The notes under the pieces: model-generated
What the model was told of the DNA's origin: nothing
Databases searched by the model: none
The model's input: only the letters and a program-made list of their open reading frames with translations
Translations under genes and position numbers: made by a program
Assembly (NCBI GenBank): GCA_038064495.1
Contig: JBBTSZ010000004.1
Location: 5,363-69,362, forward strand
Source of the DNA: Patescibacteria group bacterium
GTDB taxonomy: Bacteria; Patescibacteriota; Minisyncoccia; Phycocordibacterales; Phycocordibacteraceae
Length of the DNA stretch: 64,000 bases
Direction: 5' to 3'
Part shown: piece by piece, positions 34,974 to 43,992 of the stretch
How the letters are laid out: every line of letters begins with the position of its first letter
Numbering within the stretch: position 1 is the stretch's first letter

Positions 34974-35474
34974 ATGGGAAAGATAGCCACACTTGAAGAA
35001 GTATTGAAAGCAACACAAAAGGCACGTAAGCAGGGAAAGAAAATAGTTGCTACCAATGGCTGCTTCGATATCCTTCACGTAGGACATGTGCGCAATCTTC
35101 AAGCCGCCAAGAAACTCGGCGACATTCTTATTGTAGGTGTAAACTCTGATGCATCGGTACGACAGAATAAAGGTTCACTTCGGCCCATCGTTCCAGCTCG
35201 TGAGCGGGCAGAGGTCATCGCCGCTCTTGAGGCAGTTGACTACGCTTTCATTTTTTCAGGAAAGACTCCACTTGGTTGGATAGCTAAGATTAAACCGGAC
35301 TTTCACGTAAAGGGTGGGGGAGCGGACGTAAAGGCCCACCCAGATTTTCCTAAGCACGAGGAAGTGGTGAGGAAGGAAGGAGGAAAGCTGATTCTCTTGA
35401 AACATCACCACGGACGTTCAACATCCACGATTATAGAGAAAATAGTAGAAGCTGAAAAAAGGAAGAAAACCTAA
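34974..35474 (+). CDS. D-beta-D-heptose 1-phosphate adenylyltransferase (HldE/RfaE domain II-like cytidylyltransferase fold)
   Basis: GCFDILHVGHVRNLQAAKKLGDILIVGVNSDASV closely matches RfaE domain II. Confidence 0.75.
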   Translation: MGKIATLEEVLKATQKARKQGKKIVATNGCFDILHVGHVRNLQAAKKLGDILIVGVNSDASVRQNKGSLRPIVPARERAEVIAALEAVDYAFIFSGKTPLGWIAKIKPDFHVKGGGADVKAHPDFPKHEEVVRKEGGKLILLKHHHGRSTSTIIEKIVEAEKRKKT

Positions 35475-35487
35475 TTATATCGGCTAT

Positions 35488-35516
35488 TTGACTTACACTC
35501 GCATATGTGCTATGGT
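35488..35516 (+). promoter_or_regulatory. Sigma70-like promoter (TTGACT-17 nt-TATGGT) upstream of NUDIX gene; GGAG RBS at 35551
   Basis: Read directly from sequence. Confidence 0.45.
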
Positions 35517-35560
35517 CCAGATTAGAATACTAGACTGTTCTCATATCTAGGGAGTTTGAA

Positions 35561-36073
35561 ATGGATCATGAAATGGTGGGTGAGGTCGTCTTTTCGGGAC
35601 ACTTTCTTACACTGACCATCGAAAAGCGCGATACCCTTACTTTTGAGCGTTGTTATCAACGCAATGGTGTCTCGGTCATTGTGGTGCCTGAACCAGGCAA
35701 AATTCGACTCATCACTGAAAAGGATTGGGAAGACGGTCTTTCCAAGACCAAGGTGGTTAGCGCCTACCGTGAGGACGGCGAAGACCCTCTTGCCTGTGCC
35801 AAGCGCGAACTGCAAGAAGAAATGGGCTTCACCGCGGAAAATTGGGAACTGTACCATGTCTCCAAGAGCGACGGCGCTATCATCAAGGACCAGCACTACT
35901 ACGTTGCAACCGGTCTCACCGAGGTTGGTGCGAAGCCAGACGAAGATGAAACTATCTTCTACTGGCGGGATTTCTCATTTGAGGAAATCCGCGAGAAGTC
36001 GCTTTCGCTCGGCTTCGGAACGCACGAAAATGCGTTCGCCCTTCTCAGGTTTGTTACTGAAGTACGGGAGTGA
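35561..36073 (+). CDS. NUDIX hydrolase (nucleotide-sugar/ADP-ribose pyrophosphatase-like)
   Basis: Nudix box GEDPLACAKRELQEEMGF. Confidence 0.75.
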   Translation: MDHEMVGEVVFSGHFLTLTIEKRDTLTFERCYQRNGVSVIVVPEPGKIRLITEKDWEDGLSKTKVVSAYREDGEDPLACAKRELQEEMGFTAENWELYHVSKSDGAIIKDQHYYVATGLTEVGAKPDEDETIFYWRDFSFEEIREKSLSLGFGTHENAFALLRFVTEVRE

Positions 36074-36087
36074 GTACCTGGAAACCT

Positions 36088-36122
36088 AACGTCGTTCGAG
36101 CAATTGCTCGAACGACGTTTTT
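36088..36122. terminator. Bidirectional rho-independent terminator (perfect 32-nt palindrome + T-run)
   Basis: AACGTCGTTCGAGCAATTGCTCGAACGACGTT then TTTT; between convergent NUDIX and cupin genes. Confidence 0.7.
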
Positions 36123-36497
36123 CTATTTCTTCTGGCTATCGCCTTTTCCAATGCGGTAGGAATCGTTTTCGTCGTGCGTGGTGGAGATTTCAATTATCGT
36201 TCCTTCCGTGAGAGCGATGAGCTGGTGGGGGGTTGATGGGGGAATGTGCGCCACATCTCCTGGATTGAGTTTCGTTACGAAACGGTCTGCGTTGGTGAGG
36301 TCATAGTGACGGAGCTCAAACTCGCCTTCAAGCACGTACCAGGTCTCTTCCTTCTCAATATGGTAGTGATCACTGAAGGTAGCTCCTGCATTGAATTTAA
36401 GGAGTTTGCCACAGTACTTCTCATTGTTGATGAGCCATACCTCAGCACCCCAGCCCTTGGGGTGATATTCTCCCTTCAAAAACTCAATCTTTTTCAT
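36123..36497 (-). CDS. Cupin-domain protein
   Basis: GATFSDHYHIEKEETWYVLEGEF cupin motifs; 124 aa. Confidence 0.55.
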   Translation of the reverse strand: MKKIEFLKGEYHPKGWGAEVWLINNEKYCGKLLKFNAGATFSDHYHIEKEETWYVLEGEFELRHYDLTNADRFVTKLNPGDVAHIPPSTPHQLIALTEGTIIEISTTHDENDSYRIGKGDSQKK

Positions 36498-36585
36498 AGG
36501 CTCGCATGGTATCGTTTGTTACTGCATTTCGCAACTCGGCTGCATCTTTTAGGTCTCTACCCTAGGTTACTCTCTATAACAGCAC

Positions 36586-38487
36586 ATGAAGGAGAAAGGT
36601 CTCATTTTCGTCTACGAAACCGAACAGATACCGGCGGTCCTTGTGTATCTCGAGGAACATCCAGACTCCATGGTCATCAGCCTCACCCTTTGGGTTGAAC
36701 GGGAACTACGAGCAAACGGGGTGACGAGTCTCCCTCTTACTGACTTTGTATTGCCAACTGAAAATAATCACTCACTATTGGAACAGGCTGACACGCTCGC
36801 ACGAGAGTGGTACCAAACTCCTGAGATGAGTTTCTTCTCGTATGCCGGGATGCATCTCGGGGAAGTTCTAGAGCCGATGCTCTCTGAATATTTCCAAAGA
36901 ATTCTGTACTATCTTCGAGCAGTGCATGCTGTTCTTGCAGTACATGCCGACAGAACATTGCTCGTTACACCGCACTCTTGTAAGGAGGCGCGGTCCACAA
37001 GTGGTCCTCTCGCGCCGTTTGAAATACGTATTGTGGCAAATGTTATTTCTACTATCGGCAAGCAGCGAAGCCTCTCAGTTCAGCTACTTGGTAGGGAACC
37101 AGTAACTCCTACCGCACATATCTACCCTCGTTCACTACTTCGCTCGTATTCACTTGCCTGCATCAACGCATGCACCAAATTCCTAACTCCCCAAAAGCCT
37201 CTTAGGATATATGCAAGTGAATATTGGTGGCACGTCGCTCCCTTCATTCAGACTATGGATGATGCAGAAGTGGTATTTATGGAACGAAAAGAACTCCGGA
37301 ATATTCCATGGACTGAAATACGGAAACATCGTATCAGGTTTGCACACCCCGTTGATGCCACCTCACGGAAGATGAGACGAGACACACGCGAGATAGTGAA
37401 GCAGTTTACGCGTGAGTGGGAAGCAAAACGCGAGAGTGTACGCTCGATGGAGGGCTTCACCTACGAGGGAGACAACTGGTGGAGCTTAGTTGAAGCGGCA
37501 TATGAATATCTCGTCACCGTATATGCAGAACGTATTGTTACTGACCACAAAGCCTTTGAAGCATTATTTAAACGTGAGCATATCAATCGGGTACTGCTAC
37601 GCGCCAGTGTTGGGGGAACACAACACCATTTTTTTGTCGCTGCTCAGGTAGCACGCATGCTCCATATTCCCTCAATTGAGTTACAGCACGCAACTGAAGT
37701 CGTGGATGCACAATCGGTCCACTCTCGGCTTGCTGCGGATTATCTGGCTTCATATGGAGAAGCAACGAAAGAGAATCTAACTCGTAATCACGGGTATGAC
37801 CCAAACCGGATACGAGCGATAGGGTCACCTCGCTTTGATTCGTATACTCAACGTGATTCCTTTACTGAAGCTAAGAAAAGTGAATTTCTTACAACTCTTG
37901 GTTTGAATCCAGAAAAGCCAACACTCCTGTACGCCGTACCATCAGAAATTGTTGATTTGTATATTGCTAACTTTGATTCGTACCAAATCGCTCACTACTT
38001 TACAGAACTCAGGGCGGTGCAGGAACATATTCCGGAGTTGCAGATACTTGCGAAATTCAGAGGCGGCGCGCTGACTGAACGCTATCGGGATTTCCTTACT
38101 GAACTATTTCCTGATGGGGGAATAGTGCTTTCTGATTCACGAGACATCGTGTCGCTTATGCGGGCTTCAACACTTGTCCTCGCCGGTAACTCAACACTCT
38201 TTCTTGAGGCACTTCAGGCAGATTGCCCAACGCTGCTCTATCCGCTTCAGCCCCATGACGTTGTTACGAAGCAGACCTATCAGGCCGTACTTCCTGCACC
38301 AGATAACGCTGATACACTTAAAAACCTTGTCGAACGACTTGTCTTCAATCAGGCCGAACGGGAATTACTGCTTACAGCACAGCAGGCGTTCCTCCACACC
38401 AAGTATGCATTTGACGGCAAGGCGAGTGAGCGTATAGCTGCATTGCTTCGCGAACCACTCGTTAGCTATCCAAACGACATAGCGTAA
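36586..38487 (+). CDS. Hypothetical 633 aa protein; candidate Maf/DUF115-like or capsule-synthesis (KpsC/S-like) nonulosonate transferase
   Basis: No strong motif; size and position directly upstream of PseB-like gene; C-terminal half has GT-B-like alternating pattern. Assignment is inference only. Confidence 0.25.
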   Translation: MKEKGLIFVYETEQIPAVLVYLEEHPDSMVISLTLWVERELRANGVTSLPLTDFVLPTENNHSLLEQADTLAREWYQTPEMSFFSYAGMHLGEVLEPMLSEYFQRILYYLRAVHAVLAVHADRTLLVTPHSCKEARSTSGPLAPFEIRIVANVISTIGKQRSLSVQLLGREPVTPTAHIYPRSLLRSYSLACINACTKFLTPQKPLRIYASEYWWHVAPFIQTMDDAEVVFMERKELRNIPWTEIRKHRIRFAHPVDATSRKMRRDTREIVKQFTREWEAKRESVRSMEGFTYEGDNWWSLVEAAYEYLVTVYAERIVTDHKAFEALFKREHINRVLLRASVGGTQHHFFVAAQVARMLHIPSIELQHATEVVDAQSVHSRLAADYLASYGEATKENLTRNHGYDPNRIRAIGSPRFDSYTQRDSFTEAKKSEFLTTLGLNPEKPTLLYAVPSEIVDLYIANFDSYQIAHYFTELRAVQEHIPELQILAKFRGGALTERYRDFLTELFPDGGIVLSDSRDIVSLMRASTLVLAGNSTLFLEALQADCPTLLYPLQPHDVVTKQTYQAVLPAPDNADTLKNLVERLVFNQAERELLLTAQQAFLHTKYAFDGKASERIAALLREPLVSYPNDIA

Positions 38488-38518
38488 CTTTTTGCACACG
38501 AGCGCGGTATACACTACT

Positions 38519-39520
38519 ATGCAACCTATGATTACGGCTTTTCTCAAAGATAAGGTGGTTCTGGTGACCGGAGGTACCGGTACGTTCGGTAACGCCTTTG
38601 TGAAGAAGGTTCTTGCTGAGAACCAGATTAAGAAACTGATTATCTTTTCACGTGACGAATTGAAACAAAGTCAGATGCAGGCTTCTATAGAAGACCCGCA
38701 CAAAAAACTCCGGTTCTTCCTCGGAGATATCCGTGATTTGCCGCGCCTTAATCAAGCATTTCATGGAGTAGATTATGTTGTTCATGCCGCTGCCTTGAAA
38801 CGAGTTGATGCACTTGAATACAATCCGTCTGAAGCCATCAAAACAAATATCCTTGGAGGTCAGAATGTTATTGATGCAGCGCTCGCGAACAACGTGACTA
38901 AGTGCCTCCTTATTTCTACTGATAAAGCAGTTCAGCCGATTAACCTCTATGGTGCAACAAAACTTGCTGCCGAAAAACTCTTTGTTGCAGCGAACGCATA
39001 CCGGAGTCCTTCACAGAACACCGCATTCGGCGTTGTGCGGTATGGAAACGTCGTCGGTAGCCGTGGGAGTTTTATAGAAATGATTAAGACTCAGCGAGCG
39101 ACGGGTGTCATCACCCTTACCCACGAAAAGATGACGAGGTTCTGGATAACCATAGACAAGGTGATGGACGTGATTATTGAGAGTCTCGACCGGCTCCAAG
39201 GAGGAGAGACTTTTGTGCCGAAGATGGGGAATATGCCGGTCGTTGATGTGATTAAAATGCTTACTCCTGAATGTGAGATTAAGACAATTGGTATGCGCCC
39301 AGGTGAGAAACTCCACGAAGTGCTCGTTACCGAATATGAAGCACCGCGTACCAAAGATGGAGGAACAACCTTTATTGTGAAGCCCGAACAAGACTTCGTT
39401 GCCTCCTATTGCGGATGGCTCGACACACTTCCCGAAGCAGAAAAAGACTTTATTTTTGCAAGTGACAATCCTACATTCTTGCTCACGCAACCAGAAGCTG
39501 AAAAGATTCTCAAAATCTAA
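38519..39520 (+). CDS. pseB: UDP-N-acetylglucosamine 4,6-dehydratase (inverting), PseB/FlaA1 family
   Basis: VLVTGGTGTFG; IIFSRDELKQ; YGATKLAAEKLFVAAN; VVRYGNVVGSRGS; RFWIT; MRPGEKLHEV. All collinear with H. pylori FlaA1/PseB. Confidence 0.8.
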   Translation: MQPMITAFLKDKVVLVTGGTGTFGNAFVKKVLAENQIKKLIIFSRDELKQSQMQASIEDPHKKLRFFLGDIRDLPRLNQAFHGVDYVVHAAALKRVDALEYNPSEAIKTNILGGQNVIDAALANNVTKCLLISTDKAVQPINLYGATKLAAEKLFVAANAYRSPSQNTAFGVVRYGNVVGSRGSFIEMIKTQRATGVITLTHEKMTRFWITIDKVMDVIIESLDRLQGGETFVPKMGNMPVVDVIKMLTPECEIKTIGMRPGEKLHEVLVTEYEAPRTKDGGTTFIVKPEQDFVASYCGWLDTLPEAEKDFIFASDNPTFLLTQPEAEKILKI

Positions 39521-40224
39521 CTACCAGTATAGGTAATGTCTTCGTCATCAAGTCGTCGGTAGGGCTTTTCGTTTTGTATTTCCTCAAGGGCGTGCGCCAT
39601 CATTCCCGGCATGCGACCGAATGCGAAGAGCGGTTTGCCGAGATGTGGGTCAAGTCCGAGCTCAAGCATAAGTGCTGCTATGGCCCCATCAATATTGAGC
39701 GGGAGGTGCTTTCCGGTCGCGACCGCAAGTTCCTTTTCAATTAAACGTGCTTGTTCAACATGTACCCCTGCGATTCCGAGCTCTGTCGCAGCCTGAAGGA
39801 GTTGCTGCGCACGCGGGTCAGCATCCTTATAGACTTTGTGTCCGTAGCCCGGAAAGCGTGAACGCTCTGCAAGTACTTTCTCCACTGAGGTCTTCGCCTG
39901 AAAGTACTGTGCCGCCGCTTCAATAGCACCACCATGGTGGTCTCCTGTTGCGAGAATGCCTGCCGCAATGGCCACATGGAGCGGGTTACCCACTGAGGCC
40001 GATACGCGAGCACTAAATGCCGAAGGAGCCTGGACCCCATGCTCACTCATGGAAACGAGCATCATATCGAAGAGTTTTTGTTCGGTATCTGAAGGAAGTC
40101 TTCCAGAAAGAAGGAGGAAGGAAACCTCTGAAAAGGAATGGTCTCGGACCAGTTCTGAAAGGGAGATGCCCCGTACTACAAGTTGGCCCTCTTTTGTCGT
40201 GCTAATAGCGGTGTTCCATTTCAT
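39517..40224 (-). CDS. Citrate-synthase-family small protein (citryl-CoA lyase-like)
   Basis: TGDHHGGAIEA (citrate synthase GPLHGGANEA) and GYGHKVYKDADPRA (GFGHRVYKxxDPRA). Confidence 0.6.
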   Translation of the reverse strand: MKWNTAISTTKEGQLVVRGISLSELVRDHSFSEVSFLLLSGRLPSDTEQKLFDMMLVSMSEHGVQAPSAFSARVSASVGNPLHVAIAAGILATGDHHGGAIEAAAQYFQAKTSVEKVLAERSRFPGYGHKVYKDADPRAQQLLQAATELGIAGVHVEQARLIEKELAVATGKHLPLNIDGAIAALMLELGLDPHLGKPLFAFGRMPGMMAHALEEIQNEKPYRRLDDEDITYTGS

Positions 40225-40227
40225 ACG

Positions 40228-41124
40228 TTATGTAAGTATACGCTTAAGGGCAGGAGAGATTTCTTCAACCGTGGAAACGATGGTGACGCCAGCAGCAGTG
40301 AGTGCTTGCACTTTAGAGGCATAGCTTCCACGGCCTTTCGCTACGATGGTTCCCGCGTGACCAAGTACTGTGCCGTCAGTGAGTGTGTCTGCAAACTCTC
40401 CAGCGATGAGGGCAACAACAGGTTTGGAGAAAGAATTCTTTTTAATATAGTCAGCAGCTTGCTCCTCATAGGTACCGCCCACCTCTCCGAAGAGAACAAC
40501 GGCTGTCGTTTCAGCATCCTCAGCAAACAAGGTAAGGAGGTCAGTAAAATCGGAACCGATAAGAATGTCAGCACCAATACCTACAGCCGTTGACTGACCC
40601 AGTCCGGCGTTCGTCAGCGCGAGTGCAATCTCACTCGTCATTCCCCCTGATTTTGAAAGCACCCCAACAGAACCAGGTGAATAGACCTTCACCATCTCCC
40701 CAGAACCAATACTTCCAATCTTTGCTTTACCGGGAGAAATGATGCCAACCGACGAAGGGCCGACGACTCGTATGCCACACCTCCTCGCTTCAGCAAGCAT
40801 CCGGGCGGTGTCCTGTGTAGGAATATGTTCGGTCAGAATTACCACAAGCGGAATAGAGGCTCGTATAGATTCAAGTGCAGCGTCCATTGCAAATCGTGCT
40901 GGAACGACAACGAGGGACGTATTTATCTCGGGATGAGCAGTGAGTGCCTCAGCAACCGTGTTGTAGACCGGCACACCTTCCACCATCTCACCTCCTTTGC
41001 CGGGTGTGACGCCCGCAAGCACGGGTGTGCCGTATGCAAGAGACTCTCGACAGGTGCGTGCACCTTCATTCCCGGTGACGCCTTGTATCAAAAGTCGTGT
41101 CTCCTTGTCGATGAGGATGCTCAT
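40228..41124 (-). CDS. Succinyl-CoA synthetase alpha-like CoA-binding subunit (ATP-citrate lyase / citryl-CoA synthetase small subunit-like)
   Basis: LIQGVTGNEGARTCRESLAYGTPVLAGVTPGKGG; phosphohistidine loop LGHAGTIV. Confidence 0.7.
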   Translation of the reverse strand: MSILIDKETRLLIQGVTGNEGARTCRESLAYGTPVLAGVTPGKGGEMVEGVPVYNTVAEALTAHPEINTSLVVVPARFAMDAALESIRASIPLVVILTEHIPTQDTARMLAEARRCGIRVVGPSSVGIISPGKAKIGSIGSGEMVKVYSPGSVGVLSKSGGMTSEIALALTNAGLGQSTAVGIGADILIGSDFTDLLTLFAEDAETTAVVLFGEVGGTYEEQAADYIKKNSFSKPVVALIAGEFADTLTDGTVLGHAGTIVAKGRGSYASKVQALTAAGVTIVSTVEEISPALKRILT

Positions 41125-42179
41125 ACCGTTTTGTACGCAAGCGTCACCATAGTTGTTGCGGTGTCCTTCATGCTCGTCGTTGCGTCAAACAAATGAATAT
41201 CAAATCCTTCCTCTTGGGCAGCATCCTGGAGCATACGAAATGCTTCTTCACGCCGTGGGCCATCCCGGCGTATGACAATAGGGAAGGTTGGCTTCACTTC
41301 ACGCAATGCCTCAAGAAAGCCGGACATGGTTTCATAAATATCCGTAAAGTTCGCCGCGGCACCAACGACCCAGCACCCACGGAGTCCGGGATGCGATAGA
41401 ACTCGCAGGGTTAGTTCCTTAACGACCGACGCGGGAGGATTCCCCGAGTATTCCGTATAGTTTGCCGGTTTGCCTCCTGCACGAATGAGCGTGTCCATGT
41501 TTAAAAGGGAAGCGCCTCCACCAGACGCGAGAATGGCAATGTCCCCCGTGAGGGTCAGGATACGTTTCTCGCCGGGAGCAACTCTTTCGTCATCAGTTTG
41601 AATCTTAGCGTCGCCCGCAACGAGGCCACCGGCTGTTTCAAAAAGCGGATTGATTTCCGCCACAAGCGCGTATTCGTCAATAAACAATTTCCAGAGCTTC
41701 TGAATAACGTCTGAGAATTCTGAATGAACCTCTTTAGGAATATCAGCCGCGGTGTACGCCATGCTGAGGAGTTTGTCAGTAAGGCCTTCGAGAATGGAGA
41801 TGGGTGTGGTGTGTGCATCACTAATTCCCGTTCCTCCAGTTCGTGAGAGTGATAGAACTGGTGCTCGCGTATCTGTGTCGTACGAGAAACTCACATAATA
41901 TTCGTTCGTTGCCTGCACTCGTTCCTCTACAAGGATGTGTTCAACAGGCTCACCGGAAATCTCCTTCGAAAAGAGCGTCGCGAGCCCTTCCTCGGCCTCA
42001 GCCTGGTTTTCTGCAAAGATAATGCCCCCAGCCTTCATGCGGTCGCCAGAGCGCACCTGAGCCTTCAGTACGACCGGGAAGCTGGAAAGGGTGGTAGGAG
42101 CCTCAAGAAGGCTCCCCTCCGGTACTGGGATGCCATAGGAGGTGAAGAGTGCCTTTCCTTCAAATTCTCGGAGCCTCAT
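41121..42179 (-). CDS. Succinyl-CoA synthetase beta-like ATP-grasp subunit (ATP-citrate lyase / citryl-CoA synthetase large subunit-like)
   Basis: REFEGKALFTSYGIPVP, EINPL, ASGGGASLLNMDTLIRAGGKPANYTEYSG collinear with SucC; start chosen at MRLREFEG. Confidence 0.65.
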   Translation of the reverse strand: MRLREFEGKALFTSYGIPVPEGSLLEAPTTLSSFPVVLKAQVRSGDRMKAGGIIFAENQAEAEEGLATLFSKEISGEPVEHILVEERVQATNEYYVSFSYDTDTRAPVLSLSRTGGTGISDAHTTPISILEGLTDKLLSMAYTAADIPKEVHSEFSDVIQKLWKLFIDEYALVAEINPLFETAGGLVAGDAKIQTDDERVAPGEKRILTLTGDIAILASGGGASLLNMDTLIRAGGKPANYTEYSGNPPASVVKELTLRVLSHPGLRGCWVVGAAANFTDIYETMSGFLEALREVKPTFPIVIRRDGPRREEAFRMLQDAAQEEGFDIHLFDATTSMKDTATTMVTLAYKTV

Positions 42180-42259
42180 AGTTAGGAAAACTATACCCCA
42201 GGCTGATACGTTGCGACACAAAACTTTTACCGCTCCTCGTGGTTCTATATACTGTATAT

Positions 42260-42805
42260 ATGGAAGCAAAAGCCTTTCTTGAAGGAGATACACTCATACT
42301 CCGACCACTCGCTATCAGCGACTTGGAAGGGGCTTATATCTCGTGGCTGAATGACCCGGAGGTGAATGCTCATAACTCGCACCACGTGTTTCCGTATACA
42401 GAGGCTCAGGCACGAGCTTACGTGGAGCGGGTGAGTACTGACGAACACAATCTTGTGCTTGCAATCGTCGCAAAAGATTCAAAGACTCATATTGGGAATA
42501 TTTCTCTGCAACACATTGATTTCGTTTCGCACTCGGCCGAATATGCCATTCTCATAGGCGACCGCGCGTATTGGGGAAAGGGCGTGGCTGCTGAAGCATC
42601 AAGGCTTTTGCTGAAACACGGATTCACTGCACTCAATCTCCATCGTATTTATTGCGGGACTAGTTCTGAAAATATTGCCATGCAGAAACTCGCAGCAAAG
42701 CTCGGATTTGTTGAAGAGGGGAAACGCCGAGAAGCCCACTATAAGAATGGAGCCTATACTGACATCATTGAGTACGGTCTTCTCGCCTCAGAATTCTCTG
42801 CATGA
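42260..42805 (+). CDS. GNAT-family N-acetyltransferase (RimL-like; PseH candidate)
   Basis: GNAT core IGDRAYWGKGVAAEASRLLLKHGF; about 181 aa; alternative GTG start at 42239. Confidence 0.6.
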   Translation: MEAKAFLEGDTLILRPLAISDLEGAYISWLNDPEVNAHNSHHVFPYTEAQARAYVERVSTDEHNLVLAIVAKDSKTHIGNISLQHIDFVSHSAEYAILIGDRAYWGKGVAAEASRLLLKHGFTALNLHRIYCGTSSENIAMQKLAAKLGFVEEGKRREAHYKNGAYTDIIEYGLLASEFSA

Positions 42806-43992
42806 TTCCCGAAGACGCAACACCGCTTTTTCCGCACCTTATGTACTGCACTCGTTGTTGTATACCTGAGACTCAAGAAGGAATTGATTTTGACGAGCTT
42901 GGTATCTGTAAAGCATGTCGTTCTTCCGAACAGAAAATACACATCGATTGGGTGGCGCGTGGTAAACAGCTCGAAGAGATACTTGCCGATGCAAAAGCAA
43001 AAGCGGGAGATAACTATGACTGCATCATTCCAATAAGCGGTGGCAAGGACAGTACGTTTCAACTCCACGTACTCACGAAGGTGTATGGCATGAAGCCACT
43101 GGCCGTGACCTTCAGTCATAATTGGTGGAGTGAGAGTGGGTGGTACAACTTACAAAACGCGCTCGAAAAATTCAACGTTGACCACATCGCCTTCACACCG
43201 AACCGTGCCCTTATTAACCGGCTTACCAAACATTCTGTTGAAGGTATCGGAGACGTTAGTTGGCATGATCATGCTGGTGTAGGTTCGTTTCCGCTTCAGA
43301 TGGCTGTGAAATACAACATTCCGCTTTTGATATGGGGTGAATCAATAGCAGAGTCCTCGGGCCGTGCTTCATATGACGATCCGGTCCATAAGTTTGACCG
43401 TGATTATTTTCTTAAAGTATCGGCGAAACTTGCTCCGGACGAAATGGTAAATAAAGACGTTACTTCACGTGACCTGTATCCATTTGTAGTACCGTCTGTC
43501 GAAGAAGTAGAAAAAACTGGCGTTTGGGGTCTTCACTTGGGTGATTACTTATTTTGGGACGAAGAACGTCAGACGGAGTTTATTCGAGATACGTACGGTT
43601 GGCGCGAAACGGAAATGGAAAACGCCTATAAGCGGTACAAGAGCGTTGAGGACATCATGAGTGGTATGCATGACTTCACGTGTTATCTAAAGCGCGGGTA
43701 CGGACGTGCCACCTACCAGGCCTCCATCGACGTGCGCAACGGATTACTCACGCGCGAGGAAGGCTTTCAACTTATTCGGAAACACGACACGGAACGACCG
43801 GAGGCTCTCGACTACTATCTGAAAGTGTCAGGCTCTACTGAGGAAGAATTCTATGCCACGATGGAAAAGAAGCGTCACTCAAAGATGGTAGGAATCAATA
43901 TACCCGTGCACCCTAAAACACATAAAAGCGAAGAGCGCATACTGCCATTTCCGGAGCAATTGATTGAAAAGTTCGACACGAACCATGAATAA
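42802..43992 (+). CDS. N-acetyl sugar amidotransferase (PP-loop ATPase; WbuX/PseA family)
   Basis: N-terminal Cys-rich CTRCCIPETQ…CKACRS; PP-loop IIPISGGKDST. Confidence 0.7.
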   Translation: MIPEDATPLFPHLMYCTRCCIPETQEGIDFDELGICKACRSSEQKIHIDWVARGKQLEEILADAKAKAGDNYDCIIPISGGKDSTFQLHVLTKVYGMKPLAVTFSHNWWSESGWYNLQNALEKFNVDHIAFTPNRALINRLTKHSVEGIGDVSWHDHAGVGSFPLQMAVKYNIPLLIWGESIAESSGRASYDDPVHKFDRDYFLKVSAKLAPDEMVNKDVTSRDLYPFVVPSVEEVEKTGVWGLHLGDYLFWDEERQTEFIRDTYGWRETEMENAYKRYKSVEDIMSGMHDFTCYLKRGYGRATYQASIDVRNGLLTREEGFQLIRKHDTERPEALDYYLKVSGSTEEEFYATMEKKRHSKMVGINIPVHPKTHKSEERILPFPEQLIEKFDTNHE

